From assembly GCA_044344255.1 (NCBI GenBank), contig JBIJDH010000018.1:96001-160000 (forward strand): 64,000 nucleotides of DNA, given 5' to 3'. A program made the position numbers and the translations under genes. Numbering within the stretch: the first letter of the stretch is position 1; each line of letters opens with the position of its first letter. The DNA comes from Myxococcota bacterium. GTDB taxonomy: Bacteria > Myxococcota_A > UBA796 > UBA2385. A model generated the notes under the pieces. That model was not told where the DNA came from, made no database searches, and saw only the letters and a list, made by a program, of their open reading frames with translations. Positions 36,345-44,216 of the stretch are shown piece by piece.

Positions 36345-37843
36345 GGGTGGCGCATCCCCGCCCACTCTTCTTCGTAGAGCCGCACCAACACCTGATTGTC
36401 GAGGCGATTGATCTCGGAGGGGAGGGGAGAGAGGTCGGCCGGGAAGATGAAGAGGGTGGGCAGGAGCTCGGCGGTGAGGAACTGGAGGCCCGCCGGGAGC
36501 GCGCCGGAGGGCTCCGGTCGTCGGTGCCCGCCGAGCACGAAGCCCCACTCGCCGAAGGAGGGGATGTAGCTGTGATAGGGCCGCGCCTCGAGGCCGGCGG
36601 CCTGCACGGTCTCGAAGATGCAGCTCCAGGCGCGGCGCGAGAAGAGGGGGCTCGTCGACTGGATCGAGAAGGCCCCTTCGGGGGCGATGGCGCGCCCGAG
36701 CATCTGATAAAACTGGCGGCTGTAGAGTTTGCCGAGCCCGTGGTTGTTCGGATCGGGGAAGTCGAGGATGGCGATGTCGAAGGGCGCCTCGGCGAGCTGC
36801 CGCAGCCAGACGAAGGCGTCCTCGTTGACCACGCGCAGGCGGGGGTCGGACAGGGAGCCCTGATTGAGCGTGGCGAGCTCGGGGCGCTCGCGGAAGAGGC
36901 GGGTCATCTCGGGGTCGAGGTCGACGAGCACGACCTCCTCGACGCTCGGGTGTCGCAGCACCTCCCGCACGGCGAGGCCGTCCCCGCCGCCCATCACGAG
37001 CACGCGCCGGGGGCGGTCCACGGCGATCATCGGGACGTGCACGAGGGGCTCGTGGTAGCGGTGCTCATCGACCGAGCTGAATTGCAGGGCCCCGTCAATA
37101 TAGAGGCGGATGTCGGCGCCGCGGTGGGTGACGACGAGGCGCTGATAGGGGGACTGGACGCGGAGGGCGATAGGGTCTGCAAACAGGGCGGCCTCGATGC
37201 GCTCCTCCCAGCCGCGGGCGAAGATCAGCGCGCCGCCCAGCAAGGCGATGGCACCGCCGGACAGGACCTGGAGCCTGCGCTTCACCGGCTGGGGCGCCTC
37301 GAAGACGGAGGCCGTCCAGAGGGCCACCCCGGCGTTGACGAGCCCGACCGCGAGGCTGGCCTGGAAGAGCCCCAGGCGAGGCAGGAGGAAGAGCGGGAAG
37401 AGCAGGCTCGCCGCCAGGGCGCCGATGTAGTCGAGGAAGAGCACCCGGGCGAGGAGCTCCTTCAGGCTCGCCTCCTTCTCGAGGATGCGCACCAGGAGCG
37501 GCAGCTCGAGGCCGACCCCCGCGCCCACGAGGCCCACCATCACGAAGACCATCGGGCGGAAGGCGGGCGTGTACGCGAAGCCTGCGTAGAGGACCGGCCC
37601 CTCGAAGCCCCCGAGCAGGGCGACGGCCAGCTCCACCTCGACGAAGCGCGCGACGAGGTTGCCCTCGACGTGCTTGGACAGGTAAGAGCCCACCCCCATC
37701 GCCGACAGGTAGGTGCCGATCACCAGGGAGAACCAGGTGATGGAGTCGCCGAGCAGATAGGAGGAGATCGCGCCGGCCACGAGCTCGTAGATGAGGCCGC
37801 AGGTGGCGATCAGGAAGACGGACAGGAAGAGCACCCGCGTCAT
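36341..37843 (-). CDS. speE: Membrane-anchored polyamine aminopropyltransferase (spermidine synthase-like)
   Basis: About 7 N-terminal TM helices (CGLIYEL, DYIGAL) plus QSPYQR, LYIDGALQFSSVDEHRYHEPLVH, VLVMGGGDG, LVDLDPEM, ILDFPDP. Alternative ATG at 37870. Confidence 0.92.
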   Translation of the reverse strand: MTRVLFLSVFLIATCGLIYELVAGAISSYLLGDSITWFSLVIGTYLSAMGVGSYLSKHVEGNLVARFVEVELAVALLGGFEGPVLYAGFAYTPAFRPMVFVMVGLVGAGVGLELPLLVRILEKEASLKELLARVLFLDYIGALAASLLFPLFLLPRLGLFQASLAVGLVNAGVALWTASVFEAPQPVKRRLQVLSGGAIALLGGALIFARGWEERIEAALFADPIALRVQSPYQRLVVTHRGADIRLYIDGALQFSSVDEHRYHEPLVHVPMIAVDRPRRVLVMGGGDGLAVREVLRHPSVEEVVLVDLDPEMTRLFRERPELATLNQGSLSDPRLRVVNEDAFVWLRQLAEAPFDIAILDFPDPNNHGLGKLYSRQFYQMLGRAIAPEGAFSIQSTSPLFSRRAWSCIFETVQAAGLEARPYHSYIPSFGEWGFVLGGHRRPEPSGALPAGLQFLTAELLPTLFIFPADLSPLPSEINRLDNQVLVRLYEEEWAGMRHP

Positions 37844-37879
37844 CGGCGGGAGCGTCGGGCGAGCGTGCATTCGCGCGGG

Positions 37880-38095
37880 CTATCCGACCGAGGCGGAGAT
37901 GATGATCGCTAGCCCGAGGATGACCGAGCCCATGATGATGGCCAGCGCCGTGTTCTGGTCCTCCTCGATCTCCTTGCGGACCGAGAAGGGGATCACCTTC
38001 ACCATCACCACGAAGGCGACGAGGAAGATGACCACCCCCATCCCGGAGTAGGCGAGGGTGGCGAGGAGGGAGTCAGTGTCGAGGGGGTTGTGCAT
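37880..38095 (-). CDS. DUF350 family small membrane protein
   Basis: 71 aa, two TM helices flanking PFSVRKEIEEDQNTALAI; GGAG RBS. Confidence 0.88.
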   Translation of the reverse strand: MHNPLDTDSLLATLAYSGMGVVIFLVAFVVMVKVIPFSVRKEIEEDQNTALAIIMGSVILGLAIIISASVG

Positions 38096-38104
38096 GGGGC
38101 GCTC

Positions 38105-38335
38105 CTATTTTCCGCCGCTGTATCCGCCGGAGCCGCTGTAGCCCGAGCCCGAGCTGGGCCGAGTGACGACGATCGGGCGATACGAAGCAGGGTTCTCGCG
38201 CACGGAGGGGGGCAAGGCGGAGGTGGTGAGATCGTCGGCGACGGGACCGCTGACGATCCGATAGAGGCTGAAGAGGGCGACGAAGACGCCGGCCAACACC
38301 GCCGCCTGGTAGGGGAGCCAGTGGGAGTGGTTCAT
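38105..38335 (-). CDS. Small single-TM hypothetical protein with Gly/Ser/Tyr tail
   Basis: TM, then SVRENPASYRP and GYSGSGGYSGGK; sits between the DUF4178 and DUF350 genes. Confidence 0.75.
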   Translation of the reverse strand: MNHSHWLPYQAAVLAGVFVALFSLYRIVSGPVADDLTTSALPPSVRENPASYRPIVVTRPSSGSGYSGSGGYSGGK

Positions 38336-38410
38336 GTTAGGCGTGGCCTCTCGGGGCGGTCATTCGGTCCATTCCGTTGTGCGGTCCGTCGTGTGGGTGG
38401 TCATCCCGGT

Positions 38411-40243
38411 TCAGAGCCCCGATCCGCTCCAGCGCCGCTGCTCGAAGCTGCTGCGCAGGAAGTGGAGGAGCCCGAGCAGGCCGAGCCCCCAGCCGAGGAC
38501 GAGCAGGGCGGGCCAATAGTCGCGCGGCCGGAGCTCGACCGACACCGTGGCGACCGCCGTTGGGCCGGTCTCGGGGCGGGTGACGCTCAGCACATAATCC
38601 CCGGGCGCCGGGTTCATGTCGACAGAGCCGGTGCCACCCCAGTGGGTCGTCTCATAGAGGTGGTCGGTGCTGGAGCCGATGAGGCTCAGCGTGAGGGCCT
38701 CGCTCGACCGAAAGGAGACCCGCACGGTGTGGTTGAGATCGTCGGGGACGGTGAAGGCCTCGGTGAGGACCGGGGCCTCCTCCCCGGTGAGGTGGGTCGT
38801 CCCCTGGGCGAGGAGCTCACCCCCGGGGGCCAGCAGCGTGAGCATGAGCAGCAGGCTGCCTGCGATCAGGAAGGCGGCGACGGCGCCGTGCGCCGTCTTC
38901 AGCGCAGCGGCCTCCGCGTAGGGGTTCGGCTGGTGGGGGCCGACGCCGGTGGGGGCGGGCAGGCTCTTCTGGAAGGCGCGCTCGACCTCTTCGACCGAGA
39001 GGTAGGTGCCGACGGACCAGGTGATCTCACCGGCGCTCTTCTCTCGGCTGAGCATGCGGGGCGGGGCGACGAAGTCAATCGTCTCGACCGACTCGCCCTG
39101 GGCGACCTCCCACGTAAACTCGCCGATCGCGTAGGAGACCGTCGCTTTGCCACGGTTGAAGGCGAGAAAGTCCTCGCCTTCGTGCTGACATGACTGGGTG
39201 TTTGGCTTCTCGGGGGGCGTGAAGAGGAGCTCCGCCAGGCTCCAGTGGTGGTTGGGGTCTTCGACCAGCCAGCGGAAGCCTCGGTAGGGGTTGTGGAGCA
39301 GGTACTCCCACCAGATGTAGCGCTCGCCCTCCTCGATGACATAGCGCTCGAGGACGCCGATGAGCTCCCAGGGGACCGCGCGGAAGGTGGCGCGCGCGCC
39401 CAGGGGGATGCTGAAGGTGCGCGGCGCGCCGCTGCCCTCGAGGACGAGGTGCGGCAGACCGAGCTCACCCAGCTTGACGACGCTGCCGCAGGCGGCGCAG
39501 GTGAGGCGCACGCTGTCGGCGGGGGCACGGAGCGCGATCGCGCGGTCACAGTGGGGGCAGCGGAGGGCGCGGGTGCCCTCGATCTCCGGCCCGGCGAAGT
39601 TGACGAGGACAGGGTCTGAGAAGCCGGCGAAGGGGCGGAGGCCCTCCATACGCAGCGCAGGCAGGTCGACGCCCTCTCCCGCGTAGACGGCGGCCTCGCC
39701 GTCGGCCCAGTCGAGGGTGCCGACGGTGTCACCGGGGCCGCGCAGGTCGGCGTAGGGGACCTCTTCGTCGGAGCTGGGCGTGTAGGGCAGCTCCCCCACG
39801 GCGGCGGTGACGCGCGCCCAGCCCACCTCGGCCACCGTCCACTTCGTGTCGCCGACCCGGAGGCTCGCGCCCACGGCCGGGGGCTTGACGAGCGTGGGCA
39901 GCTTGCCCGCCGCGGAGGCGAAGAGCTGAAATTGGCCGTTGCCCTCGCTCAGCCAGCCGGAGCCGCCGTCTTCGAAGGCGATGTACCACTCGTTCCAGCG
40001 CACCCCGGGCCGCTGGCGCCGGAGGCCCCCCACCACCCGAAAGCGGCGGCCCGCATGTACGCCGGTGGCGTCTATCTGGACGGGAGAGAGCTCTCGGACG
40101 AAGGGTGTGATCTTCCCGATCAGCCGGACGTCGAGGTCTGTTCGAGCGACCGTGCTGTCACAGGCCCCACAGACCGCGGAGACCGAGGCCGCGTGCCGAA
40201 AGGTGATGGGCGAGCCACAGGAGGGGCAAGCGGCGGAGATCAA
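38411..40243 (-). CDS. DUF4178 domain protein (two Zn-ribbon plus DUF4178 modules, C-terminal TMs)
   Basis: CPSCG/CGAC and CPHC/CAACG ribbons; WNEWY..GWLSE, VGELP; WWEYLLHNPYRGFRWL, IGEFTW; TTG start with GAGGA RBS. Confidence 0.87.
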   Translation of the reverse strand: MISAACPSCGSPITFRHAASVSAVCGACDSTVARTDLDVRLIGKITPFVRELSPVQIDATGVHAGRRFRVVGGLRRQRPGVRWNEWYIAFEDGGSGWLSEGNGQFQLFASAAGKLPTLVKPPAVGASLRVGDTKWTVAEVGWARVTAAVGELPYTPSSDEEVPYADLRGPGDTVGTLDWADGEAAVYAGEGVDLPALRMEGLRPFAGFSDPVLVNFAGPEIEGTRALRCPHCDRAIALRAPADSVRLTCAACGSVVKLGELGLPHLVLEGSGAPRTFSIPLGARATFRAVPWELIGVLERYVIEEGERYIWWEYLLHNPYRGFRWLVEDPNHHWSLAELLFTPPEKPNTQSCQHEGEDFLAFNRGKATVSYAIGEFTWEVAQGESVETIDFVAPPRMLSREKSAGEITWSVGTYLSVEEVERAFQKSLPAPTGVGPHQPNPYAEAAALKTAHGAVAAFLIAGSLLLMLTLLAPGGELLAQGTTHLTGEEAPVLTEAFTVPDDLNHTVRVSFRSSEALTLSLIGSSTDHLYETTHWGGTGSVDMNPAPGDYVLSVTRPETGPTAVATVSVELRPRDYWPALLVLGWGLGLLGLLHFLRSSFEQRRWSGSGL

Positions 40244-40351
40244 GGAGGCTTCCTCGCGGGGAGGTTAACCCAGTCCACCACAAGAGCAGGGGTGTTCGCC
40301 TCGCTCCGCCTCCCGGGTTCCGGCGGGGTACGGGGGCCTCGGAGGTCTGCC

Positions 40352-40636
40352 ATGCGCCTTTGGACGTTCCTGCTCCTGCTCTCTTGTGGTGACAAAGAAG
40401 GCGGCGGCGAGGCCGGCGCGGAGGGCTGCGACGCCTGCGGCGAGGGGGAGTACTGCATCAACTACTTGGGCGGCGAGCGCGACGGCGAGGAGCTCTGCGC
40501 CGCCATCCCCGACGCTTGCGACGGCGACGACTCCTGCGAGTGCCGCGGCGAGATGTACGACGGCTGCGAGGAGCCCTACTACGGCGTGGGCTGCTCGGAC
40601 TCCTTCCCGCCTACCCTCATCAGCTGCAACCCCTGA
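40352..40636 (+). CDS. Small Cys-rich acidic lipoprotein
   Basis: GGAGG RBS; MRLWTFLLLLSCGDK lipobox; 10 further Cys in 94 aa. Confidence 0.78.
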   Translation: MRLWTFLLLLSCGDKEGGGEAGAEGCDACGEGEYCINYLGGERDGEELCAAIPDACDGDDSCECRGEMYDGCEEPYYGVGCSDSFPPTLISCNP

Positions 40637-41214
40637 GCGAGCCCCTGCCCCTGGCCGCGCCCCGCCTCGATGTGGATCGGGCGCGCGCCGCCGTGGCCGA
40701 GGGGGCCGTGCTCTGCGCCTCCGCCCTCCCCTTCCCGGGCGGCCACCGCTTTGGGCTCTTCGCGCGGGCGGGCGCCGGCCTCGCGGTGCCGCCGCTCCAG
40801 GATGGCTTCCTGCCGATGGAGCAGCTTGGCGCCTTGGGCCCCGTTGGGGGCTGGAACACAGGCTTCGCGACGGCCTTCACCCACGCCTGGTGGTTCGACT
40901 CGGCCTGGCGCTGCGTCGATGCCGCGGGCCAGCCCCTGTTCTGGACGGAGGGGCCGCGTCTGTGGGACCGAGCCGGGGGCGCCTCGGTCCAGGGCCTCCG
41001 GGTAGAGGTCTCGGCCGACTGGACCGAGCGGCGCCTCGTCGCCCGCGGGGAGGTCGATCGCCGGCTGATCGTGGAGCAGGACTGGAGTCCGCTCGTCGAC
41101 CCCACGTACGACCGTGACCTCCTCTCCGCGGACCTCGCCTGGCTGCTCGCCCTCGCGCGGAGCCTCGGGGCCGCGATCGGCTGCGGGGTCGAGGTCGTCG
41201 ACGCGGCCGGCTGA
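40633..41214 (+). CDS. Hypothetical protein; start uncertain (CTG 40633 or GTG 40672)
   Basis: Coding-like frame filling the gap (GWNTGFATAFTHAWWFDSAW, DPTYDRDLL); CTGA overlap with the previous stop. Confidence 0.65.
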   Translation: MSEPLPLAAPRLDVDRARAAVAEGAVLCASALPFPGGHRFGLFARAGAGLAVPPLQDGFLPMEQLGALGPVGGWNTGFATAFTHAWWFDSAWRCVDAAGQPLFWTEGPRLWDRAGGASVQGLRVEVSADWTERRLVARGEVDRRLIVEQDWSPLVDPTYDRDLLSADLAWLLALARSLGAAIGCGVEVVDAAG

Positions 41215-41228
41215 GCCTCACTTCGCCC

Positions 41229-41888
41229 TCACTTCGCCGGGGCGGCGCCCTTGGCGGCCTCGGACACGCCCTGGTTGTGGCGCTGCGAGCTCCCGATGAT
41301 CGCCTCCCAGGCCGCCTCGTCGGTCTGCCCCTCCTTGGCCTTCTCCTTGGCGAAGAGCTGCTCGAAGGTGGGGCCGGTGTCGTGGCCGTACTTCACCCGA
41401 TCGCGGGCGTGGAGGATGGCGACGGTATGGGTGTCGCGCATCAGGTCACGCGTGAGCTCGCGGAGGGCCATGCGGTGGAGGTTGGCGAGGCGCGCGCGGA
41501 GCTCGAGGGCCTCTCCCTCTGTGTGCAGCGTGGCCTGCCAGCCGGCCATCAAGGGGGTGAACGTGTCGTCGTAGAGGGTGCGGAGCTCCGCCGCCTCCAC
41601 GCTGCCCTTGCCGACCGCGAGGGCCATGAAGGCCTTGAGCGCGGCCTCCCCAGCGGGGTCCGCCGAGCCGGCGGGCAGGGCGAGCAGCGTGGCGAGGAGG
41701 GGGGCGTAGGCGGGGTCCGCCGTGCGGGGCAGGGCCTCGTAGCGGGCGACGAGCTCGGGGGCGGCGGCGCGGCCGGCGGCCTGGGTCTCCTCGAAGGTGC
41801 GCGGCACGAGGGCGTCGGCGGCGAGCGCGGCCCCCGGCAGGAAGGTCAGGAGGAGGCTCAGGCAGAGCAGGCGCAGGGCGGTGAACAG
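41229..41888 (-). CDS. Secreted hypothetical protein; C-terminal domain resembles Rhs/polymorphic-toxin tips; probable CTG start
   Basis: AGGAGG-CCCCC-CTG then signal peptide (M)FTALRLLCLSLLLTFLPGAALA; C-terminal RDRVKYGHDTGPTFEQL...IIGSSQRHN. Confidence 0.75.
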   Translation of the reverse strand: MFTALRLLCLSLLLTFLPGAALAADALVPRTFEETQAAGRAAAPELVARYEALPRTADPAYAPLLATLLALPAGSADPAGEAALKAFMALAVGKGSVEAAELRTLYDDTFTPLMAGWQATLHTEGEALELRARLANLHRMALRELTRDLMRDTHTVAILHARDRVKYGHDTGPTFEQLFAKEKAKEGQTDEAAWEAIIGSSQRHNQGVSEAAKGAAPAK

Positions 41889-41924
41889 GGGGGCCTCCTG
41901 GGGCCGGTTCGGAGGGGAGCGGGC

Positions 41925-42458
41925 TCAGGCCTCGGCGGCGTCGAGCATCGGGAGCTCGATCTGCACGGTGGGCGGGACCCCGATCCAGCGGCCGCGGTCG
42001 TCGGTCACCTTGCCGGTGCGCACCCGCCACTTGGGCACGCTCCGGCCCTCGGGCGGGCCGCCGGCCCCCTCGACGTCACCGCTCAGCTCGATGATCTCGT
42101 CGTGGTAGGCGGCGCGGCAGTGGACCCCGCGGAGGGTGGGGTCATCGCCGTGGCGCACGGGCTGGACGACCGCCACCGCGTGGGCGGCGGGCAGGTGGAC
42201 CTGGGCGATGGCGCGCACGAAGTCGTCGAGGCGGAGCTGGCCGAGGTGATCGACCATCCAGATGGAGACGCCGTCGTCGGCGAAGCGCACGATGTTGAGC
42301 GGCGCGGCCCGATCGTGGAGCGTGTCGCGCAGCAGCAGGGCGAAGGCCGCCCGGGCGACGGCATCGATCGTGAGCGGCAGCGGCGCGCCCTTCGGCCAGA
42401 CGTCAAAGGCGGCGCGGAGGTTGGCGTCCTCGGAGATGTCGGTGAGCGGCCGGGTCAG
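41925..42458 (-). CDS. Hypothetical protein; probable CTG start
   Basis: GAGGT-GCCCC-CTG; 56 codons with coding bias precede the first canonical start (GTG 42290); in-frame TAA 18 codons upstream. Confidence 0.7.
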   Translation of the reverse strand: MTRPLTDISEDANLRAAFDVWPKGAPLPLTIDAVARAAFALLLRDTLHDRAAPLNIVRFADDGVSIWMVDHLGQLRLDDFVRAIAQVHLPAAHAVAVVQPVRHGDDPTLRGVHCRAAYHDEIIELSGDVEGAGGPPEGRSVPKWRVRTGKVTDDRGRWIGVPPTVQIELPMLDAAEA

Positions 42459-42560
42459 GGGGCACCTCGAGCTCCCGGCGGCGGAGGGCCCGCGCGCCCT
42501 GTGGGAGGGTTAATCGCCTTAGCCCCTCGTGACGCCGGGCGGGAGGCGGCCGGGGCGGGC

Positions 42561-44216
42561 CTATCGGAGGGTGTCCACGTAGGGGCGGGCGCGGGCGAGC
42601 GCCGCGGGATCGGCTGGGGCGGGCACGGCCTGCACCGCCTCCCCCCGGAGGAGGGCCCGGGCGTACGCGAGCTCGTCGGGTGGGCCGAGGGGGCCGGCGC
42701 GCACCTCGACCACGACGGAGACCCGCTCGGCGCGCTCGGCGAAGGGCACCGCGCTCTCGATGAGGCGGCTCGGCGTCGGGGCGGGGCGCCAGTCCCAGCC
42801 GAGGTCTCCCGGGCGGAGGCAGGCCTGGAAGAGGGGGCCGCGGGCGGGCGGGCCGCAGGGGCCCTCCCCGGTCGGGCGGAGGGTGGGGAGCACGGCGAGG
42901 GCGAGGCCTGCGGTGGCAGCGAGGCTCAGGCCGCGGCGGAGGGGGCCGCCGGCCGCGAGGGCCGCCGCCGACTCGCCGACGAGCAGGGCGAGCAGCGGCA
43001 CGAGGGGGAGGAGGAGCCGCTCCTGGTAGACCCCGGCGACGAAGCCCGCGGGGCGCCCGCTCGCCACGAGGGCCAGGGCGCCGAGGGCGAGGCCGAGGCA
43101 GAGGGCGACGCGCCGCCCCCGGCGGTGGGGGAGGAGGAGGAGGCCGAGCGTGAGCGGCAGGGTCCAGCCGAGGGCGGGGCCGAGGCGCCAGAGGAGGCGG
43201 AGGGTCCAGCGGGCGACCTCCGCGGCGCCGCCGGCGAGAGGCTCGACGGGGTGCCCGACGATGTGGGCCCGGAGGTCAGCGGTGTGGACGAGGTGCCAGG
43301 GCAGCGCGATCAGGAGCGCCAGGGCGGCGGCGGCGCGGGCGCCTGCGTGGCCCCAGGGGGCGGCGCGCGGGGCCCCGGGGGCGGCGACGAACAGGGCCAG
43401 CGCCCCGCTCAGGGTGAGGGCGGCCGGCCAGCCGAGGGGCAGGGGGTGCTGCAGGCTCAGCAGGGCGAAGAGCCCGATCAGCAGGCCCGTCCCGAGGGGG
43501 AGCCAGGCGCCGGCCTGGGCGAGGCCGAGGGCCAGCAGCGGCAGCAGGGGGAGGAGCGCCGCGGTCTTGGTGAGCGCCAGCAGGCCCACCAGCGCGCCGG
43601 CCGCGAGCCCCCCGCGCAGGCGCCGGAGCGGGGCCCCGAGGGCCCAGAGGGCGGCGGCGAGGAGGGCGGCGGCGGTGAGGTCGATGGGCCAGGCGGCGGC
43701 CATCCCCTTGAGCGTGGGCGAGCCGAGGCAGACCAACCCCGCGACGGCGGCGGGCAGGGCGGCCCCCTCGGGGGCGCCAGCGGGGGCGGCGGCGGGGGGG
43801 AAGGAGGGGGGGATCGAGGGGGCGGCGGCGCGGCCCGCGGCGAAGGCCGCCCCGACGAGGACGACGAGCGCGCAGCCGCGGGAGAGGACCCGGAGGTCGA
43901 GCGCGAGATCGGGCCCGAGCGAGAGGGCGAGGGCCCCGGTCAGGGCGTGAAGCGGGGGGTAACGCCGGCCGAGGGTGGGGTCCTGCCACCAGGCGGGCTC
44001 TCCGAAGGCGCCGAGCAGGGTGTCCCGCCCCCCCTTCGCCCAGCCCCAGAGGTTCGCCGCCCGCACGAGGTGGCCATCCCAGTCCACGCCCGCCCCGCCG
44101 AGCTGCTCGGGGGAGCGGGCCTCCCCGGTGACCGCCCAGAGCAGCGCCGCGAGGGCGGCCGTGACGACGACGGTGAGGGCGAGGGTGAGGGTCAGGGACC
44201 CGCGCCGATGGCTCAC
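42561..44216 (-). CDS. Polytopic membrane protein, GT-C (ArnT/PMT-like) glycosyltransferase-like
   Basis: TM1 then DWDGHL, YPPLH, LLALTK, ALPWH, QERLLLPLVP; GTGA overlap with the upstream gene. Confidence 0.65.
   Translation of the reverse strand: MSHRRGSLTLTLALTVVVTAALAALLWAVTGEARSPEQLGGAGVDWDGHLVRAANLWGWAKGGRDTLLGAFGEPAWWQDPTLGRRYPPLHALTGALALSLGPDLALDLRVLSRGCALVVLVGAAFAAGRAAAPSIPPSFPPAAAPAGAPEGAALPAAVAGLVCLGSPTLKGMAAAWPIDLTAAALLAAALWALGAPLRRLRGGLAAGALVGLLALTKTAALLPLLPLLALGLAQAGAWLPLGTGLLIGLFALLSLQHPLPLGWPAALTLSGALALFVAAPGAPRAAPWGHAGARAAAALALLIALPWHLVHTADLRAHIVGHPVEPLAGGAAEVARWTLRLLWRLGPALGWTLPLTLGLLLLPHRRGRRVALCLGLALGALALVASGRPAGFVAGVYQERLLLPLVPLLALLVGESAAALAAGGPLRRGLSLAATAGLALAVLPTLRPTGEGPCGPPARGPLFQACLRPGDLGWDWRPAPTPSRLIESAVPFAERAERVSVVVEVRAGPLGPPDELAYARALLRGEAVQAVPAPADPAALARARPYVDTLR

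Noticed and set aside
41229..42458. Stop-codon readthrough fusing 41925..42458 with the in-frame downstream gene
   Set aside because: The frames match, but a strong SD and a signal peptide after the TGA are better explained by independent initiation; no SECIS-like context was recognised.
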